The notes beneath the pieces are model-generated. The model worked only from the letters and a program-made list of their open reading frames with translations. It was not told the DNA's origin and made no database searches. Of a stretch of DNA of 64,000 nucleotides, positions 54,163 to 63,520 are shown one piece after another; positions within the stretch are counted from its first letter, which is position 1; every line of letters starts with the position of its first letter. The stretch is from Paraspadella gotoi (lineage: Eukaryota; Animalia; Chaetognatha), in the NCBI GenBank assembly GCA_051294375.1, contig CM119266.1, positions 5,013,770 to 5,077,769 on the forward strand. The letters are read 5' to 3'. A program made the position numbers and the translations under genes.

Positions 54163-54378
54163 TTAGAAATACGCTCTATTAAACCCCTTCCGGTAAAAAG
54201 TAACAATATTGTGAACATGTGTCGTAAATTAATTGCCCATCTTCCCTTTCAACCTTACCTTGAATCAGTTCTACCCTTACCATTTGGCCAACGCGTCTGA
54301 ACCCGTTGACTTCCTCACGATCATCGCGCTCAATGATAAAGTTGTTCCTCAAGAACTTTCTTGGTTCGCTGGTTACGG
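4154..54378 (+). CDS. piezo: Piezo mechanosensitive cation channel, shared exons of the 3' half (THU8/THU9, anchor, outer helix, cap); 5' exons lie upstream of the window
   Basis: GT-AG exons joining in frame: 4154-4290 ([37 protein letters not shown]), 5675-5736, 6270-6405 ([20 protein letters not shown]), 6812-6940 ([15 protein letters not shown]), 27689-27820 ([12 protein letters not shown]), 28037-28141, 28600-28696, 28783-28870, 30957-31024, 31107-31186 ([10 protein letters not shown]), 31259-31368, 31444-31551, 31885-32043 ([24 protein letters not shown]), 32120-32210 ([19 protein letters not shown], the Piezo PFxxExxxxxxW signature), 38289-38345, 38586-38771 (KYGFGG...[10 protein letters not shown]), 39445-39537, 39671-39772, 39856-39923, 53288-53424, 53752-53838, 53903-54009, 54269-54378 ([16 protein letters not shown]). 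Confidence 0.96.
8279..16606 (-). CDS. Ankyrin-repeat, double-RING E3 ubiquitin ligase (Mind bomb-like C-terminus) with MGNC N-terminus, nested in Piezo intron 6941-27688
   Basis: Approx. exons 16606-16480 (MGNCLQGP...), 15201-15005, 14514-14351, 14209-14064, 13992-13832, 13640-13448, 13002-12854, 12439-12247, 11880-11677, 11294-11091, 10871-10696, 10415-10244, 9883-9644, 9244-9085 (CMMC...[11 protein letters not shown]...CPQC), 8729-8279 (coiled coil, then CSIC...[11 protein letters not shown]...CHMC...IKMFA*). Many TPLH-type ankyrin repeats. Confidence 0.88.
9018..9391. other. Two 10-N assembly gaps (9018-9027, 9382-9391) with duplicated flanks
   Basis: N runs; AATTCACCCGTCGCA and GATATCATGGTGAAGA...AATAAAATTTT appear on both sides of the respective gaps. 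Confidence 0.95.
13155..13423. repeat. ~270-bp GC-rich interspersed repeat, copy 1
   Basis: Reverse complement of 36235-36502 with few substitutions. Confidence 0.85.
14854..15005 (-). repeat. 8 x 19-bp tandem repeat containing the 5' splice site
   Basis: Unit AAGCATCCAATTCCTTACC (minus strand: GGTAAGGAATTGGATGCTT), 8 copies with one substitution. Confidence 0.95.
16183..16390 (-). mobile_element. tRNA-derived SINE copy
   Basis: Minus strand has box A-like TGGTGCAGGATG and box B-like GGTTCTAGCCC; the same element recurs at 34724-34925 and 35143-35345. Confidence 0.7.
21204..21292. repeat. Tandem duplication with 48-bp period
   Basis: ACGTTTACATGTACGCAACATAGCATGTCTAAATTCAGTGA occurs twice. 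Confidence 0.9.
22788..23240. mobile_element. AT-rich MITE, internally deleted copy
   Basis: Termini GCGTAGTAAAA...TTTCACTACGC; body shared with 56365-56975. Confidence 0.7.
25030..25275. promoter_or_regulatory. Promoter-like island, possibly the distal start of the ankyrin-RING gene
   Basis: Two CCAAT boxes (~25191, ~25258), CACGTG E-box (~25196) and a GC-rich patch between (CT)n tracts. Confidence 0.3.
32467..37643 (-). CDS. Type I membrane protein: signal peptide, discoidin/F5-8-like region, about 6 sushi (CCP) domains, TM, short tail; nested in Piezo intron 32211-38288
   Basis: ATG 37643 ([28 protein letters not shown]); approx. exons 37643-37559, 37236-37064, 36780-36626, 36167-35998, 35553-35389, 35077-35000, 34642-34525, 34370-34136, 33676-33497, 33196-32467. 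C...W.C...C...C...G.W...C sushi spacing; [25 protein letters not shown] followed by KK. Confidence 0.85.
33862..34000. mobile_element. Foldback inverted repeat with CGAAACATGTC on both arms (Penelope-type terminal remnant)
   Basis: TTGTACAACGATTTTA...TATCTTAGCAGACATGTTTCGG pairs with CCGAAACATGTCTGCTAAGATA...AAAATCGTTGTACAA around a short loop. Confidence 0.55.
34690..34925 (-). mobile_element. tRNA-derived SINE copy
   Basis: Near-identical to 35113-35345 and similar to 16183-16390 (GTTACAGGCGGGTTAAGCGCCCCGTCC...CACCGGGCTAGAACCCCGGACCTTT). Confidence 0.72.
35113..35345 (-). mobile_element. tRNA-derived SINE copy
   Basis: Direct repeat of 34690-34925 including the GAAGAGACAGTAATTATTGTAATTGT flank. 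Confidence 0.72.
35722..35855 (+). mobile_element. Possible second tRNA-derived SINE family
   Basis: Box A-like TGGCTTAGACAGC and box B-like GGGATCAATCCC at tRNA-like spacing; single copy in the window. Confidence 0.3.
36235..36502. repeat. ~270-bp GC-rich interspersed repeat, copy 2
   Basis: Reverse complement of 13155-13423. Confidence 0.85.
40143..47563 (-). CDS. EFHB: EF-hand domain family member B (CFAP21)-like protein, nested in Piezo intron 39924-53287
   Basis: ATG 47563; spliced segments [142 protein letters not shown] occur in the same order as the motifs I recall in vertebrate EFHB; stop at 40143. Confidence 0.85.
41660..42012. repeat. Pyrimidine-rich minisatellite derived from the exon-intron boundary motif CCCACCTTC
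   Basis: Recurrent CTCCCACCTTCTATC units with a longer ~85-bp period, adjacent to an EFHB donor site. Confidence 0.7.
43094..43492. mobile_element. Foldback/MITE-like element with long terminal inverted repeats
   Basis: AACAGTATCATTAAT...ATAGTAATAACCTTATAAAATCATAAA at the left end mirrors TTTATGATTTTATAAGAATATTACTAT...ATTAATGATACTGTT at the right end. Confidence 0.6.
47564..49034. promoter_or_regulatory. Probable divergent promoter region shared by EFHB (-) and the Kunitz-WAP gene (+)
   Basis: Head-to-head start codons 1.47 kb apart; local GCGCGC/CpG clusters near 47965 and 48932. Confidence 0.5.
49035..52848 (+). CDS. Secreted multidomain protease-inhibitor-like protein: signal peptide, Kunitz, 7 WAP domains with Thr-rich linkers, degenerate Cu/Zn-SOD-like domain, Kunitz; nested on the same strand in a Piezo intron
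   Basis: Exons approx. 49035-49102, 49187-49353 (C..GPC....RWF...C..F.YGGC.GN.NNF...C...C), 49642-50528, 50844-51372, 51669-51956, 52180-52373, 52567-52848 (second Kunitz, [19 protein letters not shown]; TGA). WAP signature C..D..C...KCC..GCG..C is repeated. Confidence 0.9.
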
Positions 54379-54830
54379 GTGAGTAAAAAGGCGAGCGAGG
54401 GGGCGTGGCTCATTTTTTTGTCTTTACGTAATCAGTTTAATTTAGTCACTAACGAAATCTCACCGCCCTTCGTGTTTAGACTCATCAATATTGAAAAGTT
54501 TTGTATTCTTATGCTGTATTGTATCGTACTGTTTGTACACCGATGAAGGTATAAAAGTATTTTAAAAACGTATCTGTCTTTCTCGCGCAGTTTTTATTTC
54601 ATGAAAATATTTATAATTACGGTTATAATTTTGTTTTTTTTATTTTCTTCCGTCCCTTCTTCGAAATAATTAATTATCCCGAATTTATTGTACTACTGTT
54701 GCGTGATTGTTTGCGTGATTGTGTGATGAACTGACGACTTCGACTACTTTGACCGCCACTTCGACATGATGTTACGCCACTCCTACCGCGACGCGTCACT
54801 TCTAATCGTACGAATCGTCAAATGAAAAAG

Positions 54831-56175
54831 CGTGATAGGATTATACGCTTCGATGGTGTTAGTCGTTTCGCAATTCCTTCGCCAATACGTCACCAATCTT
54901 TACTCGACTATCATGTTTGAAGAATTGCCTTATGTGGACAGGATATTGAGGTAATCTACCAGTTGTTGTAAAGACTTATCAAGTATTAAATCAATCTAAC
55001 AATCATTCTTTTCGCCGTTTTAAAGCAAAATAACAATCCGTTAATAAATGAATCAATCACTCTCTCAATAAATCAGTTATTAAATCAATCGATGAATCAT
55101 TCCATCAACCAATCAGTTATTTTACCAATCGATCAATCAATTTATTAAACAATTATAAAATCAAACGATCAACCAATTAATTATTAATTAATTCATTCAT
55201 CCAATCTAATTTTAATTCATCCAAGTCAATCGATCAAATATTAAATTCATTCCGAATCGATGAATCATTCATTCATCTGTAATTAAATTCAATAATCAAC
55301 ATGAACCAATCCAATCACCAATCATTCCCCCCCCCCAGTTTATGCTTGGACATCTATCTCGTTCGCGAATGCAAAGATATGGAGGTGGAAGAGGATTTGT
55401 ACGAGAGACTCGTCTTTCTCTATCGAAGTCCGTCATTGCTGATCCAATGGACGATGCCGCCGAGGTAAGCATTGGGAAAGCAGAGGGCAAGCATTTGAAA
55501 GTGATCGAAGCCGGAGTCGAGAAATTTGAAAGCTAAGGAAAGCAATAGAGATAAAGAAATGAACGATGGGAAAAAAGCAAAGGAAAGTATTTGGAAAAGC
55601 ATTGAGAGAATAAAAGTTTCGAATGCCGTTTTCACTTTCTACACTGGTAATCAACATCCAAATAATTTATTCATTTGTTAATACGTTAGTTATTAGTTAT
55701 TTATGAGTATGTTGATATTTTGTATTCTCTAGATTAATTTGTATTTGCTATAATTAGAAAGCGGAGCGGAATAAGATTGAAAATAGCAAATTAACGATGT
55801 TCTTTTGTTTCTTAGTCGACCACGAGCGCGACGTCGCGCTACCATGTGGACTTTGATGGAAGCCATGCAAGTCGGAGGCGCTAGTGGCGCTGGAGTCGAA
55901 CCCGGACGAGACGACGACGATGAAGACGACGACGATGAAGACGACGACGATGAGGACGACGACGACAGCTATAATCCGTCCAAGGCTGAAGATAATATAC
56001 AATTAACTAGAAGACGCCGTTCTCCTGTCATAGGTCTACATATTGTCCACAATTTTTTGCACTATATATTTATTAATTTGAATTACTAATATTTTAATAT
56101 GTTATTTATTCAGATGATGCTCCTGGAACTGGCGCACTTTCTTCGTCCCGCGGCTCGCCCTCGTCAACCGCTTAA
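54831..56175 (+). CDS. piezo: Piezo terminal exon set A: inner (pore) helix, CTD and an extended acidic tail
   Basis: 54831-54950 (G)[39 protein letters not shown]; 55339-55464 [41 protein letters not shown]; 55816-56033 ([17 protein letters not shown]...poly-D/E...); 56114-56175 ending TAA. All phases are compatible with the phase-2 donor at 54378. Confidence 0.85.
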
Positions 56176-56364
56176 TGACACTGATCATGACAAAATAACT
56201 GACAAAATCGCTGACAGAAATGATTAACCCAAAGATCTGATAAAATATTAGCATATATATACATCGGGAATCCTAGAATTAGGTTGTTATAAAATATTTT
56301 TAAATTGGTAGAAAAAAGTAACAAAAGTTATTTTTAAAGGTTAAAATAGGTTAACCTGTGCAAT

Positions 56365-56975
56365 AAGGTGTAGTAAAATTTCTAAATTTAACTTTAATTA
56401 AAATTCTAAAAGTGAGGAACGAACAACATTATACTAATGAACATTTATGTATAAAAAAAATTTATAATAAATTTTACAATTTACGCAGTAGGCCATATTT
56501 ATACTAGTACTAAACCAATAAATGTTAAAATTTCAAAACAGTTTTTTCTAAGATTTTTTTGCAGATTTGGATTCGTCATAAAAAGTTGATAAAAAGAAAT
56601 ATAACTCTTTTTAAAAAATTCATTCATTAAGTGGGTCAAAAATTAAAAAAAGCTATATTTTAAGCTGAAAATTAACTTTTTATATATTAAATATAGTTTT
56701 TGTAATTTTTAACCCACTTAATGAAAGAATTTTAAAAAATAATTTATATTTTCTTTTATCAACTTTTGACGAGGAATTCAAATCTGCAATCAAAATTAAG
56801 AAAAGCCTATTTTGAAATTTTTCAATTTTATAAGGATAGTACTATATATAAATATAGCTTACTGCAAAAATTAAAAAACATAAAATTATTTTTTTTTACA
56901 AATTAATGTTCACTGATGGTATGTTGTTCATAATTGACATTTAGAATTTTCGTATGTAACTTTCACTACGCCTTA
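56365..56975. mobile_element. AT-rich MITE lying between Piezo terminal sets A and B
   Basis: TAAGGTGTAGTAAAA...TTTCACTACGCCTTA terminal inverted repeats; homologous to 22788-23240. Confidence 0.72.
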
Positions 56976-57529
56976 CTGTGCAACTATAGTAAGGATATAC
57001 AGTGCCCAGTAGGGGATAAAGTTAATTTAGAAGTTGCTTATTTAATTTAAGAATTAATTTGTTTTAATGTGTGCTGAAAGCGTGTGATTATTTCCCCTCT
57101 TTAGAAATAGACGCTTGACAAAAACCCTTTTCCCTGTTACTTTTTGAACTTGAATACATTTTCAATTTCAAACAAATTTCATTCCCTTAAAAATTCCTAA
57201 GCTTTTTCTTTCTTTTTCATAAACCCGTTTTTCTTCGACTTTCGTCCTCAGAAAAATACGCATGTCGCAATCAAATTGACCGATAAAGCTATTTATTGTA
57301 TAACTTTAATTAATGTAATCAAAAATATAAGTTTCAGTGATACGAAACTTACTCCCTTATTCAAACTGAATATGGATCAAATAATGAAATCGATTTTTCA
57401 ACCCTTTCCACGAATAAAGAAATATGTGGATCGGGTATAACAAACGGTTGACCAAAAATATAAACATTTCTATACATATTTAATCGGAATATTTGATTAA
57501 TTATTGAACACCGCCTCCCCTTAAATCAG

Positions 57530-58486
57530 AATCCTCGGTCTCTACGTTTCCCTGGTTCTCGTTCTCGGTCGCTTCATTCGACTTATCATCGCCGGTAAGA
57601 ATTTTAATTTAAAATAAGAATTTTAATTTAAAGTAAGAATTTTAATTTAAAATAAGAATTTTAATTTAAAGTAAGAATTTTAATTTAAAGTAATTTAAAA
57701 TACTACATTTTCACTTATTTGACGACGGTTATTGTAACAGTTTTGTTTACCTTCTATTGATCCTTTTGTAGCAATGAACCGGGGTTGTTAATTTGTTTAA
57801 CTCTCTCTCTCTCTCGCTCTGTCACTCTCACACGCACATAATTTGTTTACAATATTGTATTATGTCCTTTACACTACTTACAAGAATCGGTTCTCAAAAA
57901 ATTAACTCATTGATATTGATATTAAAATTAAAAAAACATTTTTTTCTGCTCCAATATTGACGCCATGCCTTCGCACCATGCTTTACCTTCCTAGGCATGT
58001 CGAACCGCATCATGTTCGAGGAACTTCCCAATGTGGATCGGATCTTAAAACTCTGCCTCGACATTTTCATGGTCCGAGAATCAAGGGAACTTATTCTGGA
58101 GGAAGAGCTTTTTGCCAAGCTCATATTCGTGTACAGGTAAGTTCATTTTCTTTTAGGAAAATTATTTAGTTATTACTGTGTTTAGGAGAACACTGTGCCG
58201 TTAACGGTGTGCAACTGTGCATGTGTACCGGAGATATGGCAAGGGAATTTTTATATGTTGGATTTGGAATTACGGTTAAAGAAATCATACCCAATTTTCC
58301 TATCCCTCGCTCTCTCTCTCTCGTGCTCTCTCTTTTTCCTATTCCTCTCTATTCTCCCCATTTACTCTCTTCCTCCCTGCATCTCCCTGAATCCATTCTT
58401 CTCTCTCTCTCTCTCTCTCCCCCCCTCTCCCCATCTCCAGATCGCCACAAACTATGATCAAATGGACCAAAATCAAACGCCGCTAA
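57530..58486 (+). CDS. piezo: Piezo terminal exon set B: inner (pore) helix and canonical short CTD
   Basis: 57530-57594 (G)[21 protein letters not shown]; 57995-58136 [47 protein letters not shown]; 58441-58486 RSPQTMIKWTKIKRR*. The phase-2 acceptor also fits the donor at 54378. Confidence 0.92.
57595..57689 (+). repeat. 5 x 19-bp tandem repeat starting at the donor of the Piezo set B inner-helix exon
   Basis: Unit (G/A)TAAGAATTTTAATTTAAA with first base alternating G,A,G,A,G. Confidence 0.93.
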
Positions 58487-59407
58487 AAAATCCCTTCGAT
58501 CGATCAGATCGATCAATCGACACCAACGCTACATAATCCACGAAAAAAAAACAAAAGACTAAATTATTCCGTTCCTACTACATATTTCTACTACATTCTT
58601 GCCACGCACTTGATATATATCGGCCTTATTTTCTCAAAAGTTTTTCATCTCTGCTCCAGGGTTTGAAATTAAATAACGTTTACTGTTTAGTAAAATTTTA
58701 AAATTAGTATTAAGGTTTGGATTAAAGATACAAGGGATTTAGGTTTTCGAGTTAGTTCAAAGGTAACGGACCAGATATTGGACGCTTTTAGAAAATTGTG
58801 CCAATATATTTGGAGACTTTTCTCTATCTTATCATCTTAGCAATAACTTAGCTCATAAACTACAAAAGTTTTTTTTCCCCTCGTGGCTTTTTCGTTATAT
58901 AATTTTTTTTTTGTTAACTTGAAAAAAAAAAAATGTTCGTGTAATTCGCTACAATCTGTTTTTTGCAACTATTATTATCAGTTGAAAGCCATTAATTTCT
59001 GTTAAGCGATTTGCTTTATAATGAATTTTTCTACGCTAATTCGTTGACGGAAAAAAATTATTCTAGTTTTGTATTGCGTTTCGCTACTGTATTGCAGCTG
59101 GGATTTTTTTTCCTTTACAACAGTATTGACTTCAATAATTTTTTTTTTAGAGTATCAAAAGATTCGTGCTTCATCGTTTTAATATAAAATGTAAATATAA
59201 ACAATCAAGAAAAAAAAACCCCTCGGCCCTTTTTTTAAGTACTCGTCCAGCTTAATGTAGAAAAAACGAGAGAGGTATAATGTATTTGGGTAGAAAAAAA
59301 GCGACAGCTTAAAAAAAACAAAAACAAAAAAAAAACAAGCATTTTTATTGGAAATGTTTTACAATCGATCCTAATGTAAATCAATCCCTCAATTACAAAC
59401 CAAGCTT

Positions 59408-61433
59408 CTAATAATGCAGCCTCGTTATCAATAATATGACGCTCCACACTGCAGCCACTCCAGGCGTTCTCAACACTCCAGTCGTCACCGCAGCGCCGTT
59501 TTGACACCCCGCGGACATGAGTTCGTCCTCGGTCCATACGGCGACTTCGTCGTAATTCGCGACGAATTTTTCAAGTGAACACGGCGATGCGCATCCGGCG
59601 ATGCTCATTTCCTTGACGGTAGCGTTGAGATTCTCCGCTCCGCTGAGATAAAACATCCGCACGACGCGGCCGCCGCCGCCGCTCTGCGCGTGCAGCTCCA
59701 TCAGTACTGCGCTGCCGTACGGCGGCGAGAACGGCGGCGTGTACATGTCCATCGCGCCCAGCAACGCGGCGATGTTAGTGTCGTGTCCCGAATAAATCAT
59801 AATCTTGACGCCGTCCGAGAATCCGGGATGATCCGGCGGCTGGAACGGCCCGTCCGCGAAGGCCTTGAGATTGCTCAGAAGCCGGCCCAGCAGCGGTCCG
59901 CCCTGCAGCCGCTTGATCTTTGCGGAGCCTTGAGAGGCTAGGCTTCGTTTCTCGCTCTTCAAATCCCAGAGACGGTCGACGACCTCGTCCGTCGCCCAAT
60001 CGGGAAGAGTCTTTCGATGTCGCTGATTGACGAAGAGGTTCCCGCCGACGTTCCACGCCGTCTTCAAGTTGGCCACGTCGTCATCGGCGTCGAAGCGTCC
60101 GGCGCCGCGGGCCGCCAGTTCGATGAGGTCGCGGTGGTCGTCGACGAAGCGTTTGACGGAAGAAGAAGTCCGAAGGAGCTCGTCGAAAAGCGTCTCGAGT
60201 CGGTCGCAGACCTTGGAGGATCGCATGACCCAATCCTCGTAGACGGGAGCGGAGTGGATCGGCACGGGTTGCCATGGCAACGAAGCGTCGAACCGGTCGG
60301 CCTCTTTGGGAGGGAAGAGGCCGGACAAGAGGCACTGGGATGACATGAGGGCGCGTTCGACCCCTGAGGATCGGACGTAGGTGTGGGCGTTGACGAAGTC
60401 TGGGCTGTGGTTGAGGGGGGGTGGTGTGGACTTGAGGCGGTGAAAATATGTTAAAAGTTTATAATCTCATTTGCATATTGTTGCAAAAGAATTCGGTACT
60501 AATTTCTAGGTAAAAAATTGTCACCGTTAAAAAAAAAATAAGCACGAATTTTTTTTAGATTACCACCATAATTTAGAATAAATTATAAAAAATGTTTAAA
60601 AGCATGTTCTATGCAACAGTTAGATTATATTTTGTCTTTTGGAAATGTTTATAAATATTTTCACGATCTTTAAAAGTCAGAAGTAATTAAGCTAATATAA
60701 AATAGGTGTTTTGATCATTATTTTAGGGTCATTATAGTCATAAAGTCATTGTCTTTTACGTCACTTTATGTCATTAAGTAAATAAAAAAAAATTTAAAAA
60801 AATCAATCAGTACCAGGTTATACTAATTTAATTGCATCGATCAAAGCATACCATACAAATACCCCAAAAATTCGTCGTATCTGTTCCGCAACGCATTTCC
60901 TAGATATTGCAGCTGTTTCATTCCCGTCTTGGTAAGCTGACCCCAGCCCTGTGGCCATTGCTCCTCCTGATTGGGGTCTTCTGGTCCAAAGGGCTTGGTG
61001 GGGCTTCTGTCTCCGTGTCGATGAAGAAGTTGAACGAACTCGAGCGAAGCTTAAGACAGGTTCCGAGTTTGACAAACAGATTTGTTTGGTATTTTAACAG
61101 TAAATAAATACTACACTTGAGGCCGGATACGGTGTCTCCTGATTAGGATTAATCTAGATTATTTTATATTAGCATTAGAATTAAAAATATATAACAAAAA
61201 GTTGATGATATGCTCCTAAAAAAATAAGTTGAAAGGATTCAATTTCAGCATGAATTCGGCCCCAAAAAATGGAGAAAAAAAATTTATAAACAAAATATCT
61301 ATTATCTAATATTTTCTATTATTGATAATGAACTTTGTTTGCTGTCAAACTCGTCAAACCGACCATCAGCTTTTTGAATTGCAGCTCGAAGTTTAAGAAG
61401 ATGAAGAAACAATACTAGTCCGAAAATCCGCAT
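59408..61433 (-). CDS. Histidine acid phosphatase (lysosomal/prostatic ACP2/ACP3-like), signal peptide and hydrophobic C-terminus
   Basis: ATG 61433 ([13 protein letters not shown]...), exon approx. 61049-60862 with RHGDRSP and WPQGWGQLT, final exon approx. 60407-59408 with RSS..ERAL.S, WQPVPIH and YSGHDTN. It ends convergently about 0.9 kb after the Piezo B stop. Confidence 0.92.
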
Positions 61434-61635
61434 TTTTTAAAGTTTTTTTTATTATTACGTTATGCGTCAATTTATCAACATTTCATTTATTTGAGGCGAT
61501 TTTCAAGCTTGAACGCACTATCGTCATTTTTCTGAAAGTTTTTCTGCAAATCCTAAAAAGAAGAAAATATATAATATTAATTATCGCATTAGATTTTTTT
61601 TTTTCGCACGAAGATTCTTTGCTTTACAAAACCCC

Positions 61636-62900
61636 TTTTTTAGTCGGATCTGCTTATCAGCAGATCCCGAACTCTATAACTCACTTTTTATAACTCACTT
61701 TTTCGGTCCGTCGGTCCGCCCCCTCAATATTGTCGGGCACACACTTATATCATGTCAGAACATCGAATTATGATAAATTATGCAAAAAAAATGATGTCCG
61801 TCCGTCCGTCTGTCTGTCCGTCCGTCCGTCCGTCCGTCCGTCGTCGTCCGTCCGTCCGTCCGTCCGTCCGTCCGTCCGTCCGTCGTCCGTCCGTCTCCGT
61901 CCGTCCGTCGTCCGTCCGTCCGTCCGTCGTCCGTCCGTCCGTCCGTCCGTCTCCGTCGTCCGTCCGTCCGTCGTCCGTCCTCCGTCTCCGTCCCACCTTA
62001 GCAAAAAACACCAATTACTCGTGATTGATGGATGGATTTAAATGAAATTTTGTGTGTGGATAGGTAAGTGTGTGATTGAGCTGGATATTAAGTTTCGATG
62101 GAATCGTCCGAGTGGAAATGAGTTTAAATGGAAAAAACAAAAAAAAATATATTCACTATTTGAACACCAATTGCTCATGAGTGGATGGGCTGATTGACCT
62201 GGAATTTTGTATGTGGGTAGGAAAGTGTGTGATTGAACAGGAAATCAAGTTTCGATGGAATAGTTTGAGTGGAAATGAGTTTAAATGGAAAAAAACAAAA
62301 AACCTGTTTTACTAATTGATTATGCTTCTTTTTCCTTTTATATTAAATGTATCTGCAGGATGTATTAATAAATCAAATAATTAATCAGTTAATTAATCAA
62401 TTAGTAAATAAATTAATCAATAATTAATTAATTAGTCAATCAATCCGTCCATCCGTCCCATCTTAGCAAAAAGCTCCAATAACTCGTGATTGGCTGGTTG
62501 GATTGTAATTAAATTTTTGTGTGGGTAGGAAAGTGTGTGATAAAGCTGGATATAAAATTTTCGATGGAATCGTGTGAGTGGAAATTAGTTTAAATGAAAA
62601 AAACATAAGTCGAATTTACTAAAATCTTTTTACTTATTTTAACCAATAAATACTCCAATTAATCATAATTGGATGGATAGATTGAGTTGAAATTTTGTGT
62701 GTGGGTAGGAAAACGTATGACGAAGCTTGATATAAAGTTTCAGTGGAAACGTACGAGTGGAAATGAGTTTAAATGAAAAAAATATGAGTCACATTTACTT
62801 GAATCTTTTTATTTATTTTAACCCATGATAGATTGAGATGAAATTTTGTGAGCCGGTAGGAAAGTGAGTGAAGAAGCTAGATATAAAGTTTTGACGGAAT
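61636..62900 (+). mobile_element. HINE/DINE-1-like (Helentron-associated) non-autonomous element
   Basis: T-run, then hairpin GGATCTGCT-TATC-AGCAGATCC, a (GTCC)n microsatellite at 61795-61990, and tandem ~125-bp subrepeats containing TGAAATTTTGTGTGTGG...TAGG...AAGTTTCGATGGAAT. Confidence 0.6.
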
Positions 62901-63489
62901 GCAAGTTGAAAAAATTATGCAAGTTGAAAAAATGATGCAAGTTAAAAAAATCTTAAAAGCATAAGGATCGTCGCTATTGCATAAAAAGAGAGAGAGAGAG
63001 AGAGAGAGAGAATGAGAGAGTGAGAGAGAGAGAGAGAGTGAGAGAGAAAAGAGAAGAGAGTGAGAGAGAGAGAGAGAGAAGAAGAGACATAAAATAAAAA
63101 AATCTTAAAAGACTCAAGATCGAGCCAGAGCCCACTATCATAGAAAATTAATGAAAAAAACACCGGGAAAAAAACGAATGAATCATGCGATAACGAATTG
63201 TTGATGTACTAGTAATTGATTGAGGTAATACTAATTGATTGATGTAATAGTAATTTATTGATGTAATAGGAATTGATTATTGATTCGATGATAATCAATT
63301 ATTGATCATGACGCTGTGATGATAGTCCATTCAGTGATGCGATGATTGTCATTCATTGATGCGATGATTGTCATTCATTGATGCGATGATAGTCAATAAA
63401 ACAAACAAATGCGTGTATGATGTGAGAGAGAGAGAGAGAGAGAGAGAAGAGAGAAGAGAGAGGAGAGAGAGAGAGAGAGAGAGAAAGAA

Positions 63490-63520
<31 letters not shown>

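Noticed and set aside
57530-58486. Module B (or A) as the end of a separate tandem Piezo paralogue
   Set aside because: The 1.35 kb between 56175 and 57530 is a MITE plus AT-rich DNA with no anchor, outer-helix or cap exons, so B can only join the shared upstream exons.
59690-60343. Overlapping and antisense ORFs over the acid phosphatase exon (also over 49600-50300)
   Set aside because: Shadow frames of GC-rich coding sequence with no recognisable motifs or splice support.
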